A DNA stretch of 21,924 nucleotides from Ginkgo biloba (Eukaryota > Plantae > Ginkgophyta), in contig JANKJI020000001.1 in assembly GCA_024626585.2 (NCBI GenBank), forward strand, positions 17,325,184-17,347,107, read 5' to 3'. The notes beneath the pieces were generated by a model that was given only the letters and a program-made list of their open reading frames with translations, ran no database searches and was not told the origin of the DNA. A program made the position numbers and the translations under genes. Below are positions 1 to 12,864 of this stretch, one piece after another; position 1 is the stretch's first letter, and every line of letters begins with the position of its first letter.

Positions 1-599
1 GTCATCTTGGAACTGGTAATGGTGTATACAAACATAATTTTCTATTGGCATTGGTATGATGAGAATACTAGACATTTAATTCTAGTAGTAAGATGACTAA
101 GATAGTATTAACTAGAAGAATTAGATTCTTAATACTTTAGGCTTGAAGGAGAAACGAGTGTATAATCTCATAATTAATTAGACGATATTATCATACTAGT
201 CACAAAAAATGATATATAAGGGATTGTTCATTATTAATGTGTAAGGGAATCATTGGATGAATATGAATATCTTTGCGATGTCCTACTTATTTTTTCACAA
301 GCTTGCCTTCCTATATGACAAAATTATAAAACACTATATTAGGCATTATAGTATAACATTGCTTCTAAACCTATTCCTCTTACATCATTTGGCCCTTGTT
401 ATTAGATTTCATCCTTAAAGTTTTCATTAATTCTATTGGGTCTAATTAATTTGACTTATCATTAAAAACTAAACTTATAGTGGTGGTCATTGCCTTCAAT
501 TTCTTTTGTTACTAATGTTGTTAAAGCATGTCCTGGTTCCTGATTCTTCTAAAAACTTATCTATCCACTTCTTGCAAGTTCATATGGTCTCTTTCTTAA

Positions 600-1240
600 C
601 ACCATCTATTTTATGCATTTATACATATTCAACACATATGATAATGAAATTTTTATTTTTTTAATTTCTACAAGAGATTCAACTAAAGATCCATCTAAGC
701 ATTCTTCCAACTTTTCAAAGTCAACTTCCAAAGCTTCAAAACTTTCTAAGTTAACTTTTTAAAAATTTTCTAAGTTAACTTTTTTTTCAACTTCATCTTT
801 TCTTTAGTTTTAATTTCTAAGTTAAGTATTACATCATCCGTAACTTCTTATCATTTATCTTCCTTCCTTACTTCCTCTTTCAAGTTACTCTTCTTCAACT
901 TGTGTGTTTATTATAGAAGTTGAAGATCCATTTTAGACTTATCCAATTCATCTTTTTTATCAAACACCACATCCCTACTAAAAATGACTTTATTATTCTC
1001 CAAAATAGCGAACCAACACTCCTTTTTTACTAAGTACTTCTAACTTGTTCCTCTTTTCTTTAGGAACCAATGCATAACAGGTAGATCCAAAAATTCTTAA
1101 GTGTTAAACTTTTGGTTGTAGACTTATCCAAGTATCAAATGGTGTTTTTACTTCAATTATTTTTGTGGTATTTCTATTTATCAAGTAAATTATGATATAA
1201 ACTGCATCAGTCCAAAATTTTCTCTCCGTCTATTTTTTTC
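600..1240 (-). mobile_element. Decayed Ty1/copia LTR-retrotransposon pol fragment (integrase C-terminus plus linker)
   Basis: Minus-strand translation of ~1220-955 gives FWTDAVYIIIYLINRNTTKIIEVKTPFDTW..QPKV*HLRIFGSTCYALVPKEKRNKLEVLSKK...KVIFSRDVVFDKK. This matches the copia integrase C-terminal motifs (FWAEAV..A.YLINR, HLR.FG..Y..VP.EKR.KL, SRDV.F). It has stops and a frameshift. An E/K-rich low-complexity linker follows at ~700-900. Boundaries are approximate and a gap starts at 1241. Confidence 0.85.
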
Positions 1241-4200
1241 NNNNNNNNNNNNNNNNNNNNNNNNNNNNNNNNNNNNNNNNNNNNNNNNNNNNNNNNNNNN
1301 NNNNNNNNNNNNNNNNNNNNNNNNNNNNNNNNNNNNNNNNNNNNNNNNNNNNNNNNNNNNNNNNNNNNNNNNCTTTTATAGATTTTCTCCTAGATTCATT
1401 GGATAAATTCTAATAATGATTTCTTATTTATTTCAATAGTTGGGTGACATGTGAATCCTCTATCAAGGTCTCTATCATTGAAGTTCTAATAACCATCCTT
1501 GATTATTCTATCTTTGGAAAAAATTGCTTGTCCTCCTCAATAATCAATTGGCTCATGTTCTTAAAGGGGCTTTGAGATAAGGAAAGGATTTCCTTATACT
1601 TTATTATCCCTTCAATATTGGTGAAGATATGGAAGTATTTGTAGTGGTGGTTGAGAGGGCCATACTCGATTATTGAGTGTTTTTGGCTTCACTCACCAAA
1701 GGCTCATATTGTACTAAGGGGACATCTTGGGTCTTAGTAGCATGAGTTTGAACCCAGAATAGTGAGGTGGTAATAAGAGAAATATTTGGTGCATTAATAT
1801 ATACTTATGGGTTCCTATTAAGAATCTCTACTTGTCCAACTAATGGTCCTATAGATTCTAATAGTTGATCCATATTACCTAGGTGGAATGGGGAAGATGA
1901 TCCTTCCATATGAGAAGGATCAAGGAGATATTATATTTCTTGGGGTGGACTTGGCTCCTCTTCCTCCTTAACTAGATCAAGGAGCCACTTTTTTGGTTAA
2001 CTTATTAGGGGAACTAGCATATATGACACTTCACTGGGAGTAGTGATCATCAATGGCTCTTTGTTGGTCCCTAGTTCCCCTACTTCCCTAGATGANNNNN
2101 NNNNNNNNNNNNNNNNNNNNNNNNNNNNNNNNNNNNNNNNNNNNNNNNNNNNNNNNNNNNNNNNNNNNNNNNNNNNNNNNNNNNTTATCCCCAAAGGATA
2201 AAGAGATACCTAAGGATGTGGTCTCTAATTATTATTTTTGGCCTTGGTTCCTACTTCGAGTAAACGATCCAACTTTAGATTAATATGACTCATTTATTAG
2301 GACAATTAAGTAAGAGAACCAATATCCTAAGAAATTTTCCAAATATATTGAGCTTCTAATCTACTGAATTATAAAATTTTGGTGAGGATAACCTCAACTT
2401 TATTTATTAATATTTTAGCTTATTGTGTTAGCTGGTCTAATTATAATTATTCTTCAAATATTCATTCCTTCTTGGTAAGAGCCTATAATTTAAAGGGGAT
2501 TATTTCTCTATGCTAATAGTGCATGATGGAATCTTGACTTGCTCATTGACTTAGATCTTCCATTTTGGAGAGATCCNNNNNNNNNNNNNNNNNNNNNNNN
2601 NNNNNNNNNNNNNCCTATATAATGTGGTCAACTCTACTAGTTGGGTGTCCATGGAATGTTCTATCTTTATGGAATCCTCAATGCCTTGTTCCATATTTCC
2701 ATATATCTTGACAACATTTTAGCGGGCTAGGAATTAACTATCTTTTAAGCATGTCCAAAAATTAGATTGGGACTAATTTGAATTTCCCAATTTTATCAAC
2801 ATTTTATTTATTAGTTTGATCCCTATGTTATATATCATAAGATGATTCCTTTATTTGATTTTACCTTTTTTTTAGGGACTTCTCTAGGATGTAAAATTTC
2901 TCTTAATGTTGAGAGGATCCTATTTTGAGATAAGATAGTTCAGTATTTACACTTGGAGGAGTAGGGAGTCGCTCTTTTAAAATCATTCCCTTTTATCTCA
3001 ATGAGTGAATGTGAATTTTAATGTCAATTGGAACCTCCAAGACTAATGCGGAGTGATCTTCTAAAGGAAAATAATCCAACTTACTAATTTCTTACAATAA
3101 TAAAGAGATATTCTCATTTAATAAGGCCTAATCCTTTTGGGATTGGTTAGGTTGAATAATTAATTCAATTTCCAATTCTTCTACCATAGTTGTTAACTCT
3201 TAGGATGTACCTATTATTAACTACCGAGCTACTCCAGTGGTTAAGGCTTCATCAAAGATCTATAACAATTGGATTAAAGTGACCCCTCCTTTTCTCATAT
3301 ACTTTTCCACAAGGTAGGGGGTGGAAAAATGGATCAAGAAGATTCTAAGGAGGGATCTATTTTAGAAAGAGTCTAACACCACTAGGTTAGGGTAATTTCT
3401 ATGACTATGAGTTGAGGAGAGGTAGCATAAACCACATTTAATGGAGATATATATAGAGGGATTCTAATTATCATATCCTATGAGGTATTGGGGGATGAAG
3501 ATGTATTTGTCAACTTAAGATTATTGGAAGTATTGATATAGGGTGGAATACTAGAATTATTTTGTTGTTATTTTGATTTTTTCTATGTCTTCCTCCCTTT
3601 AGCTTTTACTATTTTCTATTTTTTCTTCCTGTCTTTATCTACTTGCTTTACATAGTGGAATGAACCTGATTAAAGTATTAGGACCCAGGAATTTATATTT
3701 TAATGATGTAGAGACTCAGGAAGAATACTTATATTTTTATTATTCTTTATTGGAGGTCGATTTGCTAGGTTTTTCCTTCCCTCTTCTCTTGGTAATTGAT
3801 TTTTATACATCCCTAGAATTATGATCACTAGTAGATTACTCAGTGACCATACCATGTTATAAGGATCTTTGAAGAAATATGATTTATTGCTTACCCAATA
3901 ATTATATTGGTCAATAGGGGAAGTTATTGGATGATAAATGACCAAAATCCTATGGGGATGGGGATTGATGTTAAGCTAATATTTTTTTTTTTTTTTCCAG
4001 ATAATCTATTCTATCAATATATATTAAGGTAAGGGTGGAACTAGATTTTTATCATTAGGTAATCCCACTAGAGAAGCATAAGATATTTTATCATCCTCTA
4101 TCCATTTGATTTACCTCCACTACTTATTAATATATTCAAGGACCTTTTTTATTCCTTCTAGTCCATCATTTAGTTTCCATAAAGTTGTGAATAAAGTTCC

Positions 4201-5660
4201 CAAATATGCCATAGTAGTTTTATCTTTCTTATCACCCTTCCTCATTTATAGTTATGAATATAGATTTAGTTGGGGATGAAACTGGATCGATCCATATAGC
4301 AGGGTTCTAATGCTTCCATAAAAATGGTAGAAACCAAAGAGGGAATGGGAAATGGCTGACCTAATATCTATGAGAAAATGCAATGCTCTTTGAGTCATTA
4401 TTTATATGTTCCAATGAACTTTTGACATGTAACACAATTTTTTAATTTTTGGAAGGCACCTTTAAATATAGTGGGCCAAATATACCATACTATGATAATT
4501 ATGTGAGCGATTGTTTTAATAAATTAATGACCAACACATATGCTAGTATGAAAATAATTTAGGCATTCAATATATTCCTTGATGTTGAGGCATCTAAGGA
4601 GGGTGTCATCAAAGTTTCTTTGATACACAAATTGNNNNNNNNNNNNNNNNNNNNNNNNNNNNNNNNNNNNNNNNNNNNNNNNNNNNNNNNNNNNNNNNNN
4701 NNNNNNNNNNNNNNNNNNNNNNNNNNNNNNNNNNTTAAGGGTTCAACAATCCTATTTATTATTACTCTTACTCTCCATGAATATGAAGTTGGATTTGATC
4801 AATTGTTTGCATTTCTATTTAGAAATAAATATAAATACACATTGCATGTGATCTTATACCCTGTGTATCTTCTCTAGATATTCCCTAACAAATGAATTTT
4901 CTAATTCATCAATATCACTCCACCTTTATTATATCCCATTAGAGTATGGATTATGTTCTTATGGACAACCCTCTAATGCAAGATCTCAAATTCCACAACT
5001 TAGAAACTAGCATCCACATTCAATTCTTTAGATTGAAGAATTCACCAAATCCCTCATCCATGTCCTCCACCTAATGTACTAAAATTTTTTAGAATCCTAT
5101 TATATATATTTTTCCATTCATGAATAAATTAGAAAAGGTATCTCTTTCCCTCTTCATGTTGAGTAGTGTTTCCCATACATTTTTATTTGTGTGGAATCTC
5201 TGACTAGTTGCTAGAGATTCACCTTCTGGATTGANNNNNNNNNNCCTCAAACACTATTATATCCATTATTTCATTATTCTACCTATTTTTATATTGTTCC
5301 TTGTCATTTTTTATGTTGTATTTATTATTTACACTCTAATGATCTCACCATACATAATTTATTGGACTACCCATTTGTTACATTGAGTTCATTGCTCCCA
5401 TGATCTTACCATCTGAAGTCAATAGTCTATGGATGTTGTTCTATTTATGTATCCTATATTTTTTAATCTAAAAAGTAGTTTTGTATCTTGATTTTTCTAT
5501 GTAAAAGGCATATTCATCACTACATTTTTCTCTAATGAATAAAAGAGAGATAAACATCTGAAAAATTGAAGCTTTTGGTTGCTTTGTTTCTTGTTGATTT
5601 TTGTATGTTGCAAAGATTAAATTTATTAAAAACAAATGTAATAAAAAATGGGAATAACTG

Positions 5661-5776
5661 TCACTACCTCTCCATCATCCTCCATAGCTATAGAATGGAA
5701 TTGATAATTCTGCCAAAAATTCGGCATCATTATCATTGCCATTCTATAGCCACGTAAGACAACGAAGAGGTGGTGA
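5661..5776 (-). repeat. Inverted repeat / long hairpin (57-bp arms, tiny loop)
   Basis: Arm 5661-5717 (tcactacctctccatcatcctccatagctatagaatggaattgataattctgccaaa) aligns without gaps to the reverse complement of 5720-5776 (tcaccacctcttcgttgtcttacgtggctatagaatggcaatgataatgatgccgaa), with 43/57 identical. Confidence 0.9.
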
Positions 5777-8571
5777 TGCCTANNNNNNNNNNNNNNNNNN
5801 NNNNNNNNNNNNNNNNNNNNNNNNNNNNNNNNNNNNNNNNNNNNNNNNNNNNNNNNNNNNNNNNNNNNNNNNNNNNNNNNNNCCACTAAAGAATTGGAAA
5901 TATATTTTTCACATATTTAAAAACATTATTTCATACAAACATCATGTTTAGAAGATGTTAGGTTAGTATTAATAGTCCTTTTATCTAAAATATTTTTCTA
6001 TATATACATATATCCATCATTTTCCTACAACTCACAATGGAAAAGAAGATCTTTGATGTCTTTCTTCCTTAGAGATTAATAGTTGTATTTCTTATTCATT
6101 TTGTCATAGGTTGTCTCTTACATTCATTCCAAACCTCCTCCTTATTCATTAAATCATGTTGTTTGTTAATCACATATTGATTTGTTATTCAAAATTAATG
6201 CAATGCATAGTTGACTTCCAATTTTCTTTGGATTCAGGATTTTAGTTCAATCGTAAATGCATGAGTTAAGTCCATATTTTGCTTTCTCACGTGGTCTCCT
6301 ATAACTATAGAAATTACCAATACAATTCCTACATTTAATTCAATTCAATTCAATAATATTACATCTAAAAATTAGGAGTCCATTGACATCTATGAGGTAC
6401 TGTTGGCATAGTTCCACTATGCACTATTTGTTTTGGTTGTAATATATGACAATCCTGTCCCATTGAACTCTTATGACTTCCATTTCCATATAAGTATCAT
6501 CATGAAGATAATTTTCCTCTTCAATATCCCATATTCCATGGTATTAATTATAGATAAAATTTATGGCCATGAACCAAATACAATATTGAATAATATCAAT
6601 CTATACAACAATAAACATAGGTCTAATTTGGAGGAGTAAAATACATAAAATAAAATAATAAATAAACTATTAAAATTGTTACCATAGATGGTTACTAGAT
6701 ATATTATGGAAGTCTATGAAAAAAGGCCCAAATTGCACCTTTTCTAACTTGAAAAGATCACCAAATGGCCCCTATGGTTGGCATGGAGTGATATGGATTA
6801 AAGAATCTATGGTGGTTGAGCTTTCCCTAATGGCCATTTAACTATAATTAGAAATTTCTATTTTACCGTGTGCTAGTGAAGTATACTTTAGCATGTTAAC
6901 ATATTTGATAACTGATAAATCATGTAGACATGGTTAATTTTAAAACTACTATAAAACTAATGCATTATAGAAAGAAANNNNNNNNNNNNNNNNNNNNNNN
7001 NNNNNNNNNNNNNNNNNNNNTTTATAAAAAAATTATAAGACATTATAGGGATAAAAATTTGTATAATTCTTCCTTGTAGAAATCTTCACGAATTGCTTTA
7101 ATTATTGAAAGAATATCCTTTGTAAGAGTACTCATATAAATTATAGCATAATAGTTGTCTTGGAGCTTTGCTTGCAAATTGACATAATGCCAAGGTGAAG
7201 GACATCCCTGATTTCAATTGATGTGGGGTATTGAGTTTGTGTAGGNNNNNNNNNNNNNNNNNNNNNNNNNNNNNNNNNNNNNNNNNNNNNNNNNNNNNNN
7301 NNNNNNNNNNNNNNNNNNNNNNNNNNNNNNNNNNNNNNNNNNNNNTCCTTACCCTTTCATTTTAAGTATAATTATTTATATGGTTGCAAACAAACAAAGA
7401 TCATGTCATTGTTTTCAAATCTCTTTTTTTATCTTTGCTTATTAGCTTGTTGATTTATTATGTTCCCTACAGTGTCTAGGTTGTCCTTAAGCATTTTTAT
7501 GATATCCTTTGATTATTTTATTAAGTTTTCTACTACTGGAATTCTTGACTTTGCTATGATATGATCTCTTATTACTAGTGGTTCATATACATATAGTGTC
7601 TTTCATAATGGGGATATTTTTATTGATGAATGATATGTCGTATTATACCACCACTCTACCAAATACAACCATTCATTCCATTTTTCCTTGCATATCACCT
7701 GTATATAATTAGAAGTATCCTTACAGGGATTTTATTACTACTTTTATCTTTCCATTTTTTATAGGGTGAAATTTTATACTCATATTGAATCTGTCTCCTT
7801 CCAAATGAAATCCCGCTCTATATTCCTGCCAACTCTCTCTCAAACACGTTTCTCACCTTTTGGTTCATAGTCTCCTTCCCTATGTTCTCCATTGCAAGAC
7901 GATATTTTTAGACCTATATCCTCTTCTCTTGGAAAAAATTCCCTGTTATCATATCCTCTCAACCTACTCAACTTTCTTCACCCATGTGTTGCATCATTTA
8001 GCATATTCAATGCTCTTCTCCTCATTCACTTAGGTTGTTTTCATAGGGATTATGCTCTCTTCCTACCAAAATATCCCTCTCTATCACTTCTTACCTTATG
8101 CACCCTAAACTTGAGTCCACCTACCTCTCCTACTTAAAAGTTGGTCAATGAACATTCATGGCATCCTCATTATTTTGTCTCACGGCACCATCATTCTATA
8201 TTTAAGAAGAATTAATCATTGGATGCGAAGGCAACCAACCTTCATTAAAATATGATTAACATTTTTTTCTTCATTTAATTCGTAGACCCTTTGTTTCACT
8301 AGTCAATCTGTTCAATCACCTAACAAATGTTACTCTATCTTTGTTTATCTCTTTATCCTCCACTTGGTATTTAGGANNNNNNNNNNNNNNNNNNNNNNNN
8401 NNNNNNNNNNNNNNNNNNNNNNNNNNNNNNNNNNNNNNNNNNNNNNNNNNNNNNNNNNNNNNNNNNNNNNNNNNNNAGCGAGGGGTTTGGATATGACTCT
8501 AAGGAAGTTGTAGCAACATCTTGCAGGGTTGTAGTTCATCCCCCCTGCACCTGGTTGATAGGGTATGTCTC

Positions 8572-9717
8572 ATGGAAAATGCAAAAATTGGTTTATAGCC
8601 ATTCAAACAAGCACTGGTTATCGACCTTGTGAAGGTCACCAGAGGTCCTTCGAGATTCAAATATGTAGATATATTCAAGAATGTAAAGGGGAAGATTTTA
8701 AAATTCATGGAGGAGAGGACAAATTGTCCAGGTGAGATCCCATTAATGGTTTTCCTTGATGATAATAAAGTAATATATGAAGAAGAAAGGTTGAAATATG
8801 TTGGTATTTTTCTACTAGCACTTGGTACTTTGCCTGCTAGGTCTTTTTTTTAAGAATGGATAGAAAAAATGTAGAAGAAAAATAGTTTATTCTTTAAATC
8901 CTTTAAGTACTTAGGGAATGGAATATATATGGTTTTCCTCAAAGAATAAAAAATGGTAAAGAGTGTAGTTGATAAGAATTTATGGTATTATGGTTGAACC
9001 TTATTTAAATCTATCCCATGGGATACTAATGTTAATATTGTTGATCTAAAGAAGAATGCAGAGGTTAAATGGATGGAGTTAAAGGTTTTAGACCCTAATT
9101 TTTAGAAATTTATCCCTAAAATTATGCAAGATTTAGGGGAAGTTTTACAAATAGAACAATTAGATAAAATTTTTAACTCGAATAATATTAGATTCCCCTT
9201 AGCTCCAAACTATAATTGACCATTCCCAATAGAAATTAGAGTCTCTATAAGAGACGCTATCAAATCCTTTGAACTTGTTACCCTAGGAGACCTTAATGGA
9301 TGTCATTATTATAAACAAGTTGGTCATGTTAGGGGTAAATTCCCTAAATTATTGAAGAAAAATCCATCGTTGGATTTAGATAATTTTCATCCCCTTAAAT
9401 CCAACCCTATTTTTTACTCAAACCTTATAATTATTCCTGGTCAACTAAGCTTGAATTTGGTTGACAGACCTGCAGAAACTATGGAGGGTACTTATGTTAC
9501 AGAAAATATAGAATTGGCTTCATTTGATGTAGGTTCTTCAAAAAACCAAGATGCTTTTATTTTGGGTAAAATATAGGAACAAGCAACTCAACGTCAGAGA
9601 GATGTAGAAAAGAAATGGAAGAATGCAAGAAGGAAAAAATAAACTAAAGGAGGAGTTCTAATGAAAGATGCTCCAAGCAACTCCGATAAAGAAAGACCTA
9701 AAGAAATTAAAATATGA
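8572..9717 (+). mobile_element. L1-clade LINE ORF1 pseudogene (DUF4283-like region plus degenerate CCHC zinc knuckle)
   Basis: One reading frame, containing ORF-track pieces 8629 and 9352, reads ...LALGTLPARSFF*EWIEKM*KKNSLFFKSFKYLGNGIYMVFLKE*...LFKSIPWD...VKWMELKVLDPNF*KFIPKIMQDLGEVL...GCHYYKQVGHVRGKFP. The last part is a decayed CX2CX4HX4C knuckle at 9301-9345. This is the typical plant L1 ORF1 layout, with multiple in-frame stops. Confidence 0.8.
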
Positions 9718-9734
9718 AGCAGAATGATTAAAGG

Positions 9735-10262
9735 ATAAAGTTAGTATCTTAGAATATTAGGGGATTGGAAGCCTATGATCATAAGATAACTGTTAGGATG
9801 TTTTAAAATAATAGAACATATTTGGATGTCTTGATGTTATAAGAAGTTAAGATTACAAGAATGATGTTAGAGTTTGCTTTGAGTTTTATCTAGAAAGATT
9901 CATGNNNNNNNNNNNNNNNNNNNNNNNNNNNNNNNNNNNNNNNNNNAAAGGGGATCTAACTTTACTGCTTGCTCTATATTAGGTTAATAAAATTATTGCA
10001 TTTGGAGAATCACCTTGTCATAGATACCTTTGGGTGATTTTATAACATAATGGTAATAAATGGGGATTGGCTAATGTTTATACCCCAAATGACTATTTAG
10101 AACGACAACAATTTTGGGATTGGATGTCAATAAATCTTGATCAGGAACCTTGGCTTATGCGAGTTAATTTTAATATGATTGAGGATAAATCCAAAGGACT
10201 TCTATTTACATGGAAAGGTGACAAAAGGATAGCATGGAATAGATTTAGAAGATTCCTATGGT
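9735..10262 (+). mobile_element. L1-clade LINE ORF2 N-terminal AP endonuclease fragment (pseudogene)
   Basis: IKLVS*NIRGLE (SWN.RGL motif), LDVLML*EVK (D...LQE.K), ANVYTPND..ERQQFWD (N.Y.P), PWLMRVNFNMIE (degenerate GDFN). It lies directly downstream of ORF1 and is cut by gaps 9905-9946 and 10263-10362. Confidence 0.85.
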
Positions 10263-11244
10263 NNNNNNNNNNNNNNNNNNNNNNNNNNNNNNNNNNNNNN
10301 NNNNNNNNNNNNNNNNNNNNNNNNNNNNNNNNNNNNNNNNNNNNNNNNNNNNNNNNNNNNNNCAACAATAATTTTTTAGATGAAAGAATCAATGTATACA
10401 TGACATGGTATTTAAAAATTGACTTATATGTATACATTCAAATGAGTTGTGATCTAGGAAGATTAAAGTAGTCAAGTAAGAATAATTAAGTTTTAATAAT
10501 ATACTATTAAATTAAGAGATAAATAATTTCATGATTATGATGGCTAATTATTCCTCTAATATAATTGGCATGTGTGCCAAAGTAGAGCTACAACAAATGG
10601 AATCCATTCACATTTGTGAATGGACCTTTATAATGGATTGGTGGATGTAAGAAAATATAATTATATTGAAAAAATATTTGATATAAGTTGACATGTTATT
10701 TTTCCATCATCCTTAATTAAAGGATCATATAATATACATGAAATATATCATAATGATATGTCGATAGTAATGGAAATGGGAAAATGAAGGTAAACACAAA
10801 AAAGCTTCTGGGCGACGGGAACGCAAACGGAAAGAAGCGGTCAAGGGAAGCAAAAATATAAGGGGTTTAAGGAGGGGAGAAGGTGCTGTTTACACGGAAA
10901 ATGAAAAGAAAAAGGGGATTTGAGTAAAAGAAATTGGGATGCATGTGGGTGCGAGAGTAATGCCAAAGAATTTATGAATGGGGATGCATGGTTAGCGAAG
11001 GAAGTGAGACGAGAGGAGGCAGTGTTGGTGCGCTAGCATTGGGCCAGATGGGAGAAGATGTGTACATATACATGCCGAATCATCAAAACTGGTTGGTGGT
11101 GTGCACAGATACAAAGCAATTCGTACTCGTACTAATTCCTGCCATTTTTACCAGTCTCCCTCAGCTGCTGGCTCGGAGCTTCTACGTCACCTTCTAGCTG
11201 TCAATTTTCTAGTTGCAAATCTCTGCTGGTTGTATCAATTTTGG

Positions 11245-11400
11245 TTAGTTTTTAGCCCAATCTGACCTTGGTTTGGGCTAATCTGGGCTTGCTGCACCAA
11301 TCCGACGTTTTGTTTTGGGCCAATATTTGGCTTGGTTTTGTGGCACCAATCTGGCATTGTTTCAGGCCATATAGAAGGTTGTTTTAGGCCATCTTGGGCT
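11245..11400. repeat. Degenerate ~20-bp tandem repeat array rich in TGGGCY/CCAAT-like motifs
   Basis: Recurring cores gcccaatctg, gctaatctg, caccaatccg, gccaatattt, caccaatctg, gccatatag and gccatcttg at roughly 20-bp spacing, mostly preceded by T/G-rich tracts. Confidence 0.5.
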
Positions 11401-12583
11401 TGATTTGATGCTGGAGAAGGCAGATGGGTTGAATGCAGGGGATTTGGTGTGTGAGAGATTGGGATTTTTGAGCGTCTGAGAACCAATTTTGAATTAGTTT
11501 AGAATTTTTTGGGATACTATATCTTCGCATGCCTTTATAGGATCATACCATGAAAATGAGATGTACTTCTACGTACTAGAGGTCCATACTGTAGAAACAT
11601 GGTGCACTTCCATGTACTTGGATAACATAGTCACGGTATGATTTTTAAAATCCTAAAAACTTACGAAAAAAGTGTTGTAAACGTGTGCCTTCATACGTGG
11701 CCTGAGAAAATGACTTGTACTAACTTATTAAAGTCGTNNNNNNNNNNNNNNNNNNNNNNNNNNNNNNNNNNNNNNNNNNNNNNNNNNNNNNNNNNNNNNN
11801 NNNNNNNNNNNNNNNNNNNNNNNNNNNNNNNNNNNNNNNNNNNNNNNNNNNNNNNNNNNNNNNNNNNNNNNNNNNNNNNNNNNNNNNNNNNNNNNNNNNN
11901 NNNNNNNNNNNNNNNNNNNNNNNNNNNNNNNNNNNNNNNNNNNNNNNNNNNNNNNNNNNNNNNNNNNNNNNNNNNNNNNNNNNNNNNNNNNNNNNNNNNN
12001 NNNNNNNNNNNNNNNNNNNNNNNNNNNNNNNNNNNNNNNNNNNNNNNNNNNNNNNNNNNNNNNNNNNNNNNNNNNNNNNNNNNNNNNNNNNNNNNNNNNN
12101 NNNNNNNNNNNNNNNNNNNNNNNNNNNNNNNNNNNNNNNNNNNNNNNNNNNNNNNNNNNNNNNNNNNNNNNNNNNNNNNNNNNNNNNNNNNNNNNNNNNN
12201 NNNNNNNNNNNNNNNNNNNNNNNNNNNNNNNNNNNNNNNNNNNNNNNNNNNNNNNNNNNNNNNNNNNNNNNNNNNNNNNNNNNNNNNNNNNNNNNNNNNN
12301 NNNNNNNNNNNNNNNNNNNNNNNNNNNNNNNNNNNNNNNNNNNNNNNNNNNNNNNNNNNNNNNNNNNNNNNNNNNNNNNNNNNNNNNNNNNNNNNNNNNN
12401 NNNNNNNNNNNNNNNNNNNNNNNNNNNNNNNNNNNNNNNNNNNNNNNNNNNNNNNNNNNNNNNNNNNNNNNNNNNNNNNNNNNNNNNNNNNNNNNNNNNN
12501 NNNNNNNNNNNNNNNNNNNNNNNNNNNNNNNNNNNNNNNNNNNNNNNNNNNNNNNNNNNNNNNNNNNNNNNNNNNNNNNNNNN

Positions 12584-12850
12584 AATAACTCAGATTTGCA
12601 AATATGAAAGCAAGAACACATAATAGATTACTCAGCCACTTTAAGTGTGGAATCTCCCAAGTATAAAATTATGATAATAACAATAAGCATGCCTCCTATA
12701 AGATTAGAAGAAGATTATATAGAATAATGATTCTTCATATGTGTGACACATGTCCTCCATGTATGAGTTTTATAAATATAGAAGAAGGAGGTAGGTGGAG
12801 AAGAGAGGAAGGAATGAGATGTGAATATACTAAGGGTTAGGTTCATAACA
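12584..12850 (-). mobile_element. 3' LTR (partial) of a Ty3/gypsy chromovirus
   Basis: On the minus strand it begins TGTTATG at 12850, immediately after the PPT, and contains a TATA-like tatatttataaa. The distal end is lost in gap 11738-12583. Confidence 0.75.
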
Positions 12851-12852
12851 TG

Positions 12853-12864
12853 CCCCTCCCCTTC
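12853..12864 (-). mobile_element. Polypurine tract (PPT) of the gypsy element
   Basis: Minus strand GAAGGGGAGGGG, then CA, then the TG LTR start. It sits directly after the chromodomain-coding sequence. Confidence 0.8.

Noticed and set aside
743-830. Short repeats tttctaagttaac(ttttt) with ~24-bp period
   Set aside because: Low-complexity linker within the copia pol fragment; not a spacer-repeat array.
10988-11197. 69-aa ORF as a possible first exon of the transporter
   Set aside because: No family similarity, and it ends in a stop with no convincing in-frame donor.
11638-12621. Long ORFs (316 and 297 aa) in the ORF track
   Set aside because: Artefacts of translating through the N run 11738-12583.
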